Assembly (NCBI GenBank): GCA_963806855.1
Contig: CAWDYW010000001.1
Location: 1,312,001 to 1,376,000 of the forward strand
Length of the DNA stretch: 64,000 nt
Direction: 5' to 3'
Source: an uncultured Verrucomicrobiae bacterium
GTDB taxonomy: Bacteria; Chlamydiota; Chlamydiia; Chlamydiales; Rhabdochlamydiaceae
Part shown: piece by piece, positions 18,724-28,317 of the stretch
How the letters are laid out: each line of letters starts with the position of its first letter
Position numbering within the stretch: position 1 is the first letter of the stretch
Program-made: the position numbers and the translations under genes
The notes under the pieces: model-generated
Told to the model about the DNA's origin: nothing
The model's input: the letters and a program-made list of their open reading frames with translations, nothing else
Databases searched by the model: none

Positions 18724-19017
18724 CTAAGGTTGTTTTTGCTCTTTTTTGCAATTGCAAGTGCAGTCAGATTTGCCGCAGCAAGAACATTTTCCGTTTCCGC
18801 CCTTATGGCAGCACATTGCTTTGCAACAACAACCGATACAGCTGAGGCTCCAGACGCCTGCCAAACCAATTATCGCATAGATAACACGGCTAATCATTGT
18901 GGTATTGCCATGGAAAAGCCAAGCGACAACATCAAACTGGAAGAATCCCCAGAGACCCCAGTTCAGAGCTCCGATGATGACCAAAATATAGGCTAAAACA
19001 CTGATAAATCTTTTCAT
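18724..19017 (-). CDS. DUF378 membrane protein with a Cys-rich C-terminal tail
   Basis: LVIIGALNWGLWGFFQFDVV...RVIYAIIGLAG. Confidence 0.85.
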   Translation of the reverse strand: MKRFISVLAYILVIIGALNWGLWGFFQFDVVAWLFHGNTTMISRVIYAIIGLAGVWSLSCIGCCCKAMCCHKGGNGKCSCCGKSDCTCNCKKEQKQP

Positions 19018-19198
19018 TCTTTCTCCTTATAGAGAGCCGAAAAAACGCTCTCATGATAATACTAATAGATTTAACAAATTTTTTGAGCCTTGTCACTAAA
19101 AATTTTCTCCCTCGAGGTAATTGCAAAATTCAGGGTTCGTCGATTTTGGCCAACTACCTCTTGCCCTTTTTGATAAATCTTTGTATATTTATCCGACG

Positions 19199-19498
19199 AT
19201 GAATAATGGTGATGCGAGCGCAGAGTATTTAGCCAATTTATGCCTGATCAAGTTGACGAATCAGGAAAAAGAGGCATTAAATCAAAATTTGAGCAAAATC
19301 CTCGAGTACATGGATCTTCTCAATGAGGTCGATACGACCAGTGTCCCCCCTTGCACTAGCGTCTTAGAATCAATGGTTAATGTGATGCGCGAAGATGTCG
19401 AAGGGGCGCCATTTGATATCGAGCAGTTCTTTCGAAATGCGCCCGACCATGTTAGCCGCATGATTAAAGTTCCACCCGTAATCCAGTTTGAAGAATGA
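19199..19498 (+). CDS. gatC: Asp/Glu-tRNA amidotransferase subunit C
   Basis: ILEYMDLLNEVDT...NVMRED...NAP...IKVPPV; first gene of gatCAB. Confidence 0.92.
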   Translation: MNNGDASAEYLANLCLIKLTNQEKEALNQNLSKILEYMDLLNEVDTTSVPPCTSVLESMVNVMREDVEGAPFDIEQFFRNAPDHVSRMIKVPPVIQFEE

Positions 19499-19499
19499 A

Positions 19500-20957
19500 A
19501 TGAAAGACGCAGCCCACCATTTTCGCTCCCTTTTTACTTCTGGACAGCAGTCGGCCCAGCAAATCGTAGAGTCGACTCTAAAGCGGGTTGATGAGCACAA
19601 CGGTCAGCTCAACTCTTTCCTTTCCGTCTTCCATGAGCGGGCAATGGAAAAAGCGCGCGCCCTCGACAAGAAGAGAAGCAGTAATGGCCCCCTTGGCAAG
19701 CTCGCCGGGATCCCGATCGCCTTGAAGGACAACATCCTGGTCAAGGGCGAAATTGCCACCTGCGCATCGAAATTTCTCGCCAATTTCCGAGCCCCCTACA
19801 ATGCAACCGTTACCCGCCTGCTCGAAGAAGAAGATGCGATCCTGATTGGAAAAACCAACATGGATGAGTTCGCTATGGGCGGCTCTGGCATCCACTCGGC
19901 CTACTCGATGTCAAAGAACCCCTGGGACCTTGCCTATACCCCCGGCGGCTCCTCAAGCGGTTCCTCCTCTGCCGTCGCGGCCCGTCTATGCCCGATTGCC
20001 CTCGGCAGCGATACCGGCGGCTCAATCCGCGAACCTGCGGCGTTTACCGGAACAACTGGATTTAAGCCAACCTATGGCCGGGTCTCCCGCTACGGCCTGG
20101 TCGCTTTTGGCTCTTCGCTCGATCAAATCGGCCCCCTCACCCTGACTGCTAAAGATGCGGCGCTCGTGATGGAGGTGCTCGGCCAGCATTGCGATCGGGA
20201 CTCCACGAGCATTGCGACCCCATCGCCTCGCTACACCATCGAAATTGAACAATCGATCGCCCATACACGTGTCGGAGTCCCCTGGAGCTTCCTTGAGCAG
20301 CTTCAAGGAGAACCGCGCCAAAATTTTGAAGCGGCAATCGATGTGCTTAAATCGCTAGGAGTAGAGATTATCGACGTCGACCTAGAAGCTTTAAAATATG
20401 GGATCGCCGTCTACTACGTCCTAGCTGCCGCCGAGGCCTCCACCAACTTGGCACGCTTTGATGGGATCCGCTATGGAGTCCGCTCAAAAAATGCCAAAAC
20501 CCTCGAAGAGATCTACCAGCTCTCCCGCGCGGAAGGGTTTGGAAGCGAAGTGAAAAACCGCATCCTCCTCGGCACCTTCGTCCTCTCCTCCGCTAACCAA
20601 GACACCTACTATGCCAAAGCACAAAAAGTGCGGACCGTGATCATTAGAAAAATGCGCGAGGCCTTCCAAAAATGTGCCATGATCGCCCTTCCGGTAGCGC
20701 CCGGGACCGCGTTCCTCCTCGATGGAGGCGTCAGCACCCCGCTTGAGGAGTATTTGCAAGACCTCTACACCGTTGGCGCTAACCTCGCTGGCGTGCCCGC
20801 TATCTCAATCCCCAGCGGACTCAGCGCAAATGGCCGTCCCTATGGGCTGCAGCTCATGGGCCCCCAACTGCATGATGCTGCCGTCTTGCGCTATGCTCAT
20901 GCCTTCCAAAAGGCGACCAATTACACCTCCCTAACACCCCCTGGATTTGGAGCTTGA
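19500..20957 (+). CDS. gatA: Asp/Glu-tRNA amidotransferase subunit A
   Basis: Amidase signature GKTNMDEFAMG, PGGSSSGS, GSDTGGSIR; NLARFDGIRYG. Confidence 0.97.
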   Translation: MKDAAHHFRSLFTSGQQSAQQIVESTLKRVDEHNGQLNSFLSVFHERAMEKARALDKKRSSNGPLGKLAGIPIALKDNILVKGEIATCASKFLANFRAPYNATVTRLLEEEDAILIGKTNMDEFAMGGSGIHSAYSMSKNPWDLAYTPGGSSSGSSSAVAARLCPIALGSDTGGSIREPAAFTGTTGFKPTYGRVSRYGLVAFGSSLDQIGPLTLTAKDAALVMEVLGQHCDRDSTSIATPSPRYTIEIEQSIAHTRVGVPWSFLEQLQGEPRQNFEAAIDVLKSLGVEIIDVDLEALKYGIAVYYVLAAAEASTNLARFDGIRYGVRSKNAKTLEEIYQLSRAEGFGSEVKNRILLGTFVLSSANQDTYYAKAQKVRTVIIRKMREAFQKCAMIALPVAPGTAFLLDGGVSTPLEEYLQDLYTVGANLAGVPAISIPSGLSANGRPYGLQLMGPQLHDAAVLRYAHAFQKATNYTSLTPPGFGA

Positions 20958-20960
20958 GAG

Positions 20961-22421
20961 ATGAGCGATATTAATTACGAAATGTGGGAACCTGTCATCG
21001 GCCTTGAGGTTCACGCTCAGCTCAATACCAAGACAAAACTCTTTGGCCGCACCCTCAATCGCTTCGGCGATGAGCCCAACACCAATATCGACGAAGTGGA
21101 CACCGGCCAGCCCGGCGCCCTCCCAGTGCTCAACAAAGAAGCGGTCAAAAAAGCGATTCAGCTCGGCCTCGCTCTCAATGCTACCGTCTCCCGGTTTAGC
21201 ACCTTCGACCGCAAGTCCTACTTCTATCCTGATAGCCCGCGCAACTTTCAGATCACCCAATTCTATAACCCGATCATCATCGGCGGGGCCATCGTTTGCG
21301 ATGTCGATGGACAAACCAAACACTTCGCTATCGATCGAGCCCATCTCGAAGACGATTCCGGGATGCTGAAACACTTTACCTCCTTCGCAGGCGTCGATTA
21401 TAACCGAGCCGGCGTCCCCCTTATCGAAATTGTCTCCAAACCGATGATGCATGGCCCCAAAGACGCCGTTGCCTACGCCACCTCCCTGCGCGCCATCCTC
21501 CAATACCTCGACGTCTCTAGCTGCAGTATGGAAGAAGGGGGCATGCGGATGGACGTCAACGTCTCTGTCCGGCCGCGCGGAGACCAAACACTCCGTCCTA
21601 AAGTCGAAATCAAAAACATGAACTCCTTCCACAATATGGAACTGGCGATCGAAGCTGAAATCCGGCGGCAGGTCCAAGCCTATAGCCGCAATCCCCACGC
21701 CAGCTTCATCGAAGCGATTCAGCCGGGCACCTACCGCTTTGACCTCAATGCCAAAAAGACCGTCCTGATGCGCCAAAAGCAAGCTGCCCTCGATTACCGC
21801 TACTTCCACGAGCCCGACCTTGTCCCCATTGTCCTGACAGAAAGCGCGATCGAGGAAATCAAGAAATCCTTGCCCGAACTCCCCCATCAGCGTTACCTTC
21901 GGTATGTAGGCGAGCTCAAAATTGCCCCTGACAGCGCCGCCATCCTGATCAACGACAAATACACCTCCGATTTCTTTGAAGAGGCGCTCCCCATTGCCGG
22001 CAACCCCTCCAGCCTCTGCAATTGGCTGATCGTCGAATTTGCCGGCCGCCTAAAGGAAAAATCGATTTCCCTCAAAGACTCTGGTCTCCAAAGCGCCCAC
22101 ATCGGCAACTTGGTCAAGATGATCGAGACCAAAGTGATCACCGGAAAAATTGCCAAACTCGTCGCCGATGAGATGGTCGCCACACCGGGCAAAGACAGCA
22201 CCACCATCGTCAAAGAGAACCCTAACTACCTGCCTGAGCAAGACAGCGCCGTAATCGAGCCGATCGTCGACCGAATCCTCGCCGAGAATCCGCAGTCGAT
22301 CGCCGACTACAAACAGGGGCGCACCAAGGCGCTCGCTTTCCTAGTCGGCCAGGTGATGAAAGAGACCAAGGGCAAGGCCTCGCCCGATGTGGTTAACAGC
22401 CTCATTCTGAAAAAGATTTAA
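20961..22421 (+). CDS. gatB: Asp/Glu-tRNA amidotransferase subunit B
   Basis: IGLEVHAQL, FDRKSYFYPD, HLEDDSG, DYNRAGVPLIEIV, DYRYF. Confidence 0.97.
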   Translation: MSDINYEMWEPVIGLEVHAQLNTKTKLFGRTLNRFGDEPNTNIDEVDTGQPGALPVLNKEAVKKAIQLGLALNATVSRFSTFDRKSYFYPDSPRNFQITQFYNPIIIGGAIVCDVDGQTKHFAIDRAHLEDDSGMLKHFTSFAGVDYNRAGVPLIEIVSKPMMHGPKDAVAYATSLRAILQYLDVSSCSMEEGGMRMDVNVSVRPRGDQTLRPKVEIKNMNSFHNMELAIEAEIRRQVQAYSRNPHASFIEAIQPGTYRFDLNAKKTVLMRQKQAALDYRYFHEPDLVPIVLTESAIEEIKKSLPELPHQRYLRYVGELKIAPDSAAILINDKYTSDFFEEALPIAGNPSSLCNWLIVEFAGRLKEKSISLKDSGLQSAHIGNLVKMIETKVITGKIAKLVADEMVATPGKDSTTIVKENPNYLPEQDSAVIEPIVDRILAENPQSIADYKQGRTKALAFLVGQVMKETKGKASPDVVNSLILKKI

Positions 22422-22453
22422 AGGATTACGAGAAAAAGAAATAGGGTCCACCA

Positions 22454-23557
22454 ATGGCTAAAAAAGCGCTTCCAGCCATCAAAAAAGCTGAAGTCTCAGC
22501 AGACAATTATGCAAAATTTATCTCTTCTTTAAAAGCTAAGATACGATCTTCTCAAATCAAGGCCACTGTAGCAGTCAACAGAGAATTGATTAAACTATAT
22601 TGGGAAATCGGAGAGGAAATTGTTGAAAAACAACAGAAGGACGGCTGGGGAAGCAAGGTTCTCGAGAGAGTGGCTAGAGAACTTCAAAATGAATTCCCTG
22701 GAATAGAAGGGTTTTCAAGAACTAACTTATTCAGGATGAAGGCATTTTACAGTGCCTACGCAAAAGTCCCACAACTTGTGGGACAATTGGAACAAATCCC
22801 AGTTTTTTATATCCCTTGGGGACACAATGTAGTCCTTCTTGAATCACTAAAGTACACGGAAGAACGGTTGTGGTATGCCTCTAAGGCAATAGAACATGGC
22901 TGGAGTCGCAGTATGCTCAGGGTTTGGATCGAAAATAATCTTTACAAAAGAGAAGGCAAAGCTATCACAAATTTCAAAACTGCCTTGCCTGCTCCTCAGT
23001 CAGATTTAGCACAGCAAAGCCTCAAAGACCCTTATGTTTTCGACTTTCTCGCCCTAAATAAAGATCATTTGGAGAATGAATTAGAAGAGGGATTGGTCAA
23101 CCATATCCAGAAATTTCTAATCGAATTGGGACAGGGGTTTGCATTTGTAGGACAACAGTATCCCATTAAAGCAGGCAAAAAAGATTTGTATATTGATTTA
23201 CTTTTCTATCATTTGACACTGCGCTGCTACATAGTTGTAGAATTGAAAGCAGGAGAATTTGATAGTCGCGACGCTGGACAAATGAGCGCCTATCTTTCAG
23301 CAGTAGACGATCAACTTAAGCATGAAGATGACCAGCCAACCATTGGAATCATCCTATGTAAGATCAAAGATAATGTGTTTGCAGAATACGTGTTAAGAAA
23401 CTTCAATCGACCCATAGGTGTAGCGGAATTTGAAGTCAAATTAGTTGAAAAGCTTCCAAAAAAATTCAAGTCAAGCCTACCTACAGTCGAAGAGATTGAA
23501 GCCGAATTAAGTGTGATACCTACAGTCAAGAAAAAGCCCAAGAAAAAGAAGTCATAA
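22454..23557 (+). CDS. YhcG/DUF1016 PD-(D/E)XK nuclease-domain protein
   Basis: VNRELIKLYWEIG, GWGSKV, KDPYVFDFL, FLIELGQGFAFVGQQ, YIDLLFYH, VVELK; AT-richer than its flanks. Confidence 0.92.
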   Translation: MAKKALPAIKKAEVSADNYAKFISSLKAKIRSSQIKATVAVNRELIKLYWEIGEEIVEKQQKDGWGSKVLERVARELQNEFPGIEGFSRTNLFRMKAFYSAYAKVPQLVGQLEQIPVFYIPWGHNVVLLESLKYTEERLWYASKAIEHGWSRSMLRVWIENNLYKREGKAITNFKTALPAPQSDLAQQSLKDPYVFDFLALNKDHLENELEEGLVNHIQKFLIELGQGFAFVGQQYPIKAGKKDLYIDLLFYHLTLRCYIVVELKAGEFDSRDAGQMSAYLSAVDDQLKHEDDQPTIGIILCKIKDNVFAEYVLRNFNRPIGVAEFEVKLVEKLPKKFKSSLPTVEEIEAELSVIPTVKKKPKKKKS

Positions 23558-23621
23558 AAAAGCAGATTGAAAAAACGGTTACCGCTCTTCATAGAGATTG
23601 TGGTTTTGCGTTGAAATTGTC

Positions 23622-23913
23622 CTCAGGGCCTAGGATGGAATTTTGAAAAAGCCTCTGTCAGATATTTCTGGCTCACATGGGTATACCGATCGGTTGTTGC
23701 GATGCTAGCGTGGCCGAGCATCTCTTGGATAACCCGCAGATCGGCCCCATTTTCGAGCCGATCGTCGGCCGAATCCTCGCCGAGAATCCGCAGTCTATCG
23801 CCGATTACAAGCAGGGGCGCACCAAGGCACTCGCCTTCCTAGTTGGCCAGGTGATGAAAGAGACCAAGGCCTCGCCCGATGTGGTTAACGAACTCATCCT
23901 GAAGAAAATTTAA
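23622..23913. repeat. Chimeric duplicate: xerD 3' end (23622-23758, copy of 24802-24938) fused to gatB 3' end (23753-23913, copy of 22255-22421)
   Basis: Direct alignment by eye; the junction is the shared hexamer TCGAGC. Confidence 0.92.
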
Positions 23914-23976
23914 ACGCAAAGACGCAAAAGCACCAAGACGCAGGGAAAAAATATTTTTTTTGCTTCTTGGCATCTT
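23912..23976. repeat. REP-like palindrome family A (ACGCAAAG-periodic), right arm truncated
   Basis: AACGCAAAGACGCAAAAGCACCAAGACGCAGG...TGCTTCTTGGCATCTT, related to copies at 32785, 47845 and 51927. Confidence 0.75.
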
Positions 23977-24144
23977 ATACCCCGACTCGCCCAAAAGTGT
24001 GAATTTGGACCCACGCGAAAGCTCTCGCGGTTCAGCTGTTTTTCCGAGGGTAGTATCGAAGTTAATACAACCCTCGGAAAAACAGTTGAACCCCGAGGCT
24101 TTGGCGCGGTCCAAATTCACACTTTTGGGCGAGTCGGGGTATAA
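23975..24144. mobile_element. 170-bp long-hairpin MITE/RPE-like element, family B
   Basis: TTATACCCCGACTCGCCCAAAAGTGTGAATTTGGACC ... GGTCCAAATTCACACTTTTGGGCGAGTCGGGGTATAA plus an inner stem; second copy at 45187. Confidence 0.85.
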
Positions 24145-24161
24145 ACCACCCACGTTATTTC

Positions 24162-24467
24162 TTAGTAAATAAATATTCTATTGTGTGCATCCCACTCTTC
24201 ATTAATCGGCTTCCTCCATAATTTCTCGAGCCTAGCATTGTTCATGGCCTCCCTCATATCTCTTTCATGTGAAAGTAAATGGGCAAGAACACAAACTCGA
24301 CTCCATTGGACAGCAGACTTTCCAGCTTCTAGAATAGGTCCTGTGGCAATGCATCTTCCTATTCTTTTCAATATCTCGTTAGGCAAATGCAGAATATCTG
24401 CATCCTGTCTTAAAGTTTCGTCATCTAATATTCTAGTGACTTTACAAATGTCAGCATTAATTGACAT
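24162..24467 (-). CDS. Small F-box-like domain protein
   Basis: LHLPNEILKRIGRCI...WSRVCVLAHLL resembles the F-box consensus; RBS AAGGAGG. Confidence 0.6.
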   Translation of the reverse strand: MSINADICKVTRILDDETLRQDADILHLPNEILKRIGRCIATGPILEAGKSAVQWSRVCVLAHLLSHERDMREAMNNARLEKLWRKPINEEWDAHNRIFIY

Positions 24468-24802
24468 ATTAACCTCCTTTTTGGTTGTTTGAAAAAATTT
24501 TTTTACGCAAAGTTATAAACCTTGCTTAGCTTATTGGTTAGTAATTAAAATATTTGAAAATTAGAAAGAATCTGGGTTAATACCCAAAATAGAATGGATA
24601 AAGTGAACAAATAAGAGATGAGCATCCCCGTTTGCTGGGTCGCTCAATAATTAGAGTCTGATCCATAATTTCACCTTAATTATAATTAACCCCAAACCAT
24701 TCTGGGGTTATACAAAACATTATATTATAGACGTGTGATTTTTGTCAAAATTCATTTTTCTAGTTATAATTCACTAACAATCATGTGCTTGCAAATCTGT
24801 AC

Positions 24803-25675
24803 TCAGGGCCTAGGATGGAATTTTGCAAAAGCATCTGTCAGATATTTCTGGCTTACATGGGTATACCGATCGGTCGTTGCGATGCTAGCGTGGCCGAGCA
24901 TCTCTTGGATAACCCGCAGATCGGCCCCATTTTCGAGCAGGTGGGTGGCGAAGGAATGGCGGAGGGTGTGGGGCGAAATCGATTTTGGGAGGTGAATTTG
25001 TTTGGCATAGAATTTCACCCGCTCCCAGACTGCGACCCGATCGAGCCGTATCCCTTTGCTTGAGACGAAGAGGGCCTCATTCTTCTGTCCAGAACCGCTC
25101 CGGAAGTGAATGAGGTAATGATCGACATGGGCGACGGCCGACTGGGCGATGGGGACCAGCCGCTCTTTGCCTCCCTTTCCCTTCACTTTGACGAAGGCAT
25201 CATCGACATCAGAGATGTTCAAGCCGCATAGCTCGGAGACCCGCAGCCCTGAGGCATAGAGCACTTCGAGGATCGCCCGATCGCGCGCCCCTATTGGCTC
25301 TTGGCTATTGGGGGCGCTCAGTAGCTCCTGGACCTCTTGTTCGGTGAGCACTTCAGGGATGAGCTGCCACATTTTTGGGGTATCTAGGTAGAGCGGCTCT
25401 TCGGACTGGATTAGCCGCTCGCGCCGTAGGAACCGAAATAGGCTTTTTAAGGCGACCATGGCCCGGTAGATGGAGCTGGAGGCAAGCTGTTTTTGTTTAA
25501 GACGATCGAGGAAAGCGACAATTTCAGCCTCTTTGACTAAGGCAAGGCTGTCGATTCCCCTCTTTTGCAACACTTCGGTAAAATAGGCTAAATCGCGCTG
25601 GTAGGCCTCGATGGTGTTTTTCGCAAGACCCCGCTCAGAAGCTAGATAAAAAAGGAAATCCTCGATGTGTTGCAT
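24803..25675 (-). CDS. xerD: Site-specific tyrosine recombinase XerD
   Basis: [76 protein letters not shown] end. Confidence 0.95.
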   Translation of the reverse strand: MQHIEDFLFYLASERGLAKNTIEAYQRDLAYFTEVLQKRGIDSLALVKEAEIVAFLDRLKQKQLASSSIYRAMVALKSLFRFLRRERLIQSEEPLYLDTPKMWQLIPEVLTEQEVQELLSAPNSQEPIGARDRAILEVLYASGLRVSELCGLNISDVDDAFVKVKGKGGKERLVPIAQSAVAHVDHYLIHFRSGSGQKNEALFVSSKGIRLDRVAVWERVKFYAKQIHLPKSISPHTLRHSFATHLLENGADLRVIQEMLGHASIATTDRYTHVSQKYLTDAFAKFHPRP

Positions 25676-25688
25676 GGACTTAAGTGTA

Positions 25689-27410
25689 TTACTGGATCAA
25701 TAAAGGGGCAAGGGCTTTGCGCAGCTCTTCTAATCCCTTTTTCTTCGCCTCTTCGACTTTGCGGGTCATGGCGATCGCTTTCGCAAGCATCATTTGACGG
25801 TTGAGCTCGCCATTGATCTCTTTTTTGATCTCAGCGGGCAAGTTCTCCAGCATTCTCTTGAGGCGTAAATCATCCCTCTCTTCTTTTAGAGCCTGGATAA
25901 AGACCTCCAAAGTGGGGTTCTTTTCCTGGAAGAGCTTCTCATTTCGATTCATGATGGCCAAGGTGATTCCATTCTGGCCAAGCCAGATGAGGGTCACAAT
26001 GAGACCAGCGATAAGCGGTACGACCCCCATTGTCACGACGCCTGAAGCAACAAGCGCAGCTATAGTGAGAGCTGAGGCAACGGCAACAGCTGAAGAGATG
26101 AGGAGCATCCTCTTGTCGTGCTGAGCTGGTTGCTCTTCCTTGTAACTCTGAGCAAGGTAGTATCCATCGAGTCCAATTGCCATTATAGTAAAGAGAAGCA
26201 TAAGGACAGAGGCGACAATTAGAGCCGTCCCTCCAGAGAAAACCATAGCGGCAACTAGGGTGATCACTCCGAAGACAAAGATGGCTGTCAGGATGCTATT
26301 TTCGACCAATTTCTTATTCGCCCCCTTCTGGATCGCTTCGACAAGTTCAGCTCCTTTTGAATTCTCAGTTAAAGCAGAGAGCTCTTTTAGAGCTTCCATC
26401 CCCTCTTTGTTGAGGATACGCCCCATTTTAGCTAATTTTTTGACTTGCACCGATTGTGTCATCATCTCAAGGCCAAACGCCATCAACTGATCCTGGTTGT
26501 CGACTACTTGTTTCACCATGTCAGCCAACTTTTCATCGGACACTTCCGGGATATTGAGCTCTTTTAACCAGGTGCGCAACTGATCCGTACCTGTTTTAGA
26601 GGCAAGATCGATCAATTTTTGACGGGCCGTGTCAGTGCCGAGCTTCTTTTGAAGCTTGGCCAAAATAGCCTCTGGATCAGCTTTTAGCTGTCGTTGTAAG
26701 ATGGCGATCTGCTCGCTCAGTTCCTTACCTTTTAGCTTATTCTTTAGTTTCGCCCCTTCGTAAATTTTGATCCCTGAGATCACACCCAAGAGGGCAAAGA
26801 AGAGTGTATACAACACAAGCCCGACGATCATGATCCCATAGGTCGCACGTCCAGCCAAACTAGCCGAACTAGGACTGGGCGCGATGTTTTTAATCGCATC
26901 GAAAATCGCGATAGCGCGAAAGCCTGTCAACCCAAGGGCCCCGCCAATGTAGGCAGCATCCTTCAGGACAGAGACACGACCGAGGAGTAGTCCTCTTTTA
27001 TCCGCAATGGCACTGCTAACGGCGATATTTTCGAATGCGCGCTGCATCTGGACTGCACCCACGAATGCGCCAAGGCCGGAGGCAAATCCAGTAGCTTGGT
27101 AGACTAAAGCGGCATCGGTTCCGCCGAATTTCGCACTAAACCATCCGCCAACACCACAGCTGCTCAGCAAGTCGTGGATACTGCGGTAAGCAAAGGTGTA
27201 GTCAGAGACCATAAAGGCGCTGCCGATCGAGTGGCCAGAGAGAGCTGGAGCTCCGAGTTTAGGAATATGCCCATTTGCAGCAAATAGCACCTTCTGCAGC
27301 AACAATTTTGCCGAAGTGTCTAATTGTGAGGGATCTCTGCTCCATCTTGAGAATGGAGAAAGGACCGCCTCAATAGTTCTATTAAAAAATCGACCTGCAA
27401 TTGCAAGCAT
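25689..27410 (-). CDS. 573-aa membrane hypothetical protein with several bilobed hydrophobic segments and coiled coils (Inc/translocator-like)
   Basis: Long ORF; hydropathy pattern read from the translation. Confidence 0.7.
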   Translation of the reverse strand: MLAIAGRFFNRTIEAVLSPFSRWSRDPSQLDTSAKLLLQKVLFAANGHIPKLGAPALSGHSIGSAFMVSDYTFAYRSIHDLLSSCGVGGWFSAKFGGTDAALVYQATGFASGLGAFVGAVQMQRAFENIAVSSAIADKRGLLLGRVSVLKDAAYIGGALGLTGFRAIAIFDAIKNIAPSPSSASLAGRATYGIMIVGLVLYTLFFALLGVISGIKIYEGAKLKNKLKGKELSEQIAILQRQLKADPEAILAKLQKKLGTDTARQKLIDLASKTGTDQLRTWLKELNIPEVSDEKLADMVKQVVDNQDQLMAFGLEMMTQSVQVKKLAKMGRILNKEGMEALKELSALTENSKGAELVEAIQKGANKKLVENSILTAIFVFGVITLVAAMVFSGGTALIVASVLMLLFTIMAIGLDGYYLAQSYKEEQPAQHDKRMLLISSAVAVASALTIAALVASGVVTMGVVPLIAGLIVTLIWLGQNGITLAIMNRNEKLFQEKNPTLEVFIQALKEERDDLRLKRMLENLPAEIKKEINGELNRQMMLAKAIAMTRKVEEAKKKGLEELRKALAPLLIQ

Positions 27411-27558
27411 AACTAAATTCCTTATTTTTATATCATTATGTTAACACAATCTTGATTTAAAATCAAATTTTGAACCCCATGAGGATCAAAGACTTGTAAA
27501 TATTTTATTGCAATTTAAGTCATTGCGAATGTAAACTTTATGCCAAAAGGAGTTTAAC

Positions 27559-28317
27559 ATGGATGTTTCTGGAGTACACCCAATCGATCAATTTGGTAGA
27601 CAAGGAGTTGAGGCTATTGCCGCCCCCCTTTCTTTTGCGAGCGACGGAGTGAGAGAATTAGTAAAAGGACTTACACCTGGCAAATATGTTCATACCGAAT
27701 TCAAAAATGATAGCCGCACGATCTTGCAGCTAGCCCACGAAGTGCTCGATTTTTATGGGAATTATCACAACAACGTGATTAGAAATGGCCAGGAATATGC
27801 AGGCAAGGTTGAAAAATTTGTGGAAGGCATCGTCAAATGGCCCTTAACTCCCCTCACCTACACCGAGACCGGAACTGCGATCCAGAAAGTGATTTGCGAG
27901 ACGCTCATCGGAACGATTGTCCTCGTCACAGTCTTTTGCGCTCTCCAGATTTTCCATATAGTCCCTACAATCGTCACCGCGATTGTGATCTCCAGCTCCC
28001 TTCTCTTCTATCAAACAGCTCCCGTGGCGCTGATTACAGTCTTGGCGACAAGCATCCTACTGTTGAACGTCTATTTCCTCTATTACCTGAGCGGAGAGGT
28101 CAAGGTGGGAAATAAAACCCTCGATAAAGGCTTTACAGATGCACAAGTTAAGATTTTGGAGATCCAGACAGAGGTTGATACTCTAAAAAAACTGGTCATC
28201 GATGAAATCGTGCCGACAATTAAATTTGCAGGTTATGCGGTCCTCGGTCTAGCGATACCTTCTACGGCTGCAGTATCTATAATTGCTTACTATGTGTTAA
28301 CAAATAGGATAGTTTAA
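27559..28317 (+). CDS. Inc-like membrane hypothetical protein
   Basis: About 65-aa hydrophobic block, short coiled coil and C-terminal TM; RBS AAGGAG. Confidence 0.65.
   Translation: MDVSGVHPIDQFGRQGVEAIAAPLSFASDGVRELVKGLTPGKYVHTEFKNDSRTILQLAHEVLDFYGNYHNNVIRNGQEYAGKVEKFVEGIVKWPLTPLTYTETGTAIQKVICETLIGTIVLVTVFCALQIFHIVPTIVTAIVISSSLLFYQTAPVALITVLATSILLLNVYFLYYLSGEVKVGNKTLDKGFTDAQVKILEIQTEVDTLKKLVIDEIVPTIKFAGYAVLGLAIPSTAAVSIIAYYVLTNRIV

Noticed and set aside
20931..21887. Long antisense ORFs (also 52552-53454, 36984-37607 and many short ones)
   Set aside because: They are shadow frames of well-supported genes and have no recognisable motifs.
22766..22784. GTCCCACAA-C-TTGTGGGAC palindrome inside yhcG
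   Set aside because: Short and single-copy; no evidence of function from the window alone.
23677..23913. 78-aa ORF as a real gene
   Set aside because: It is antisense xerD sequence fused to the gatB tail, a by-product of the chimeric junction.
23839..24172. ORFs 23839-24153 and 23960-24172 (also 59480-59716 and 56834-57118)
   Set aside because: These are open frames running through palindromic repeats, not independent genes.
24690..24740. Possible dif site near xerD (TATACAAAACATTATATTATAGACGT)
   Set aside because: Poor match to the 11-6-11 dif layout, with no TTATGTTAAA-type XerD arm.
24803..25675. Tyrosine recombinase as a prophage or island integrase with att sites
   Set aside because: The sequence is a canonical housekeeping XerD, and the duplicated segments are long, diverged gene ends rather than short att cores.
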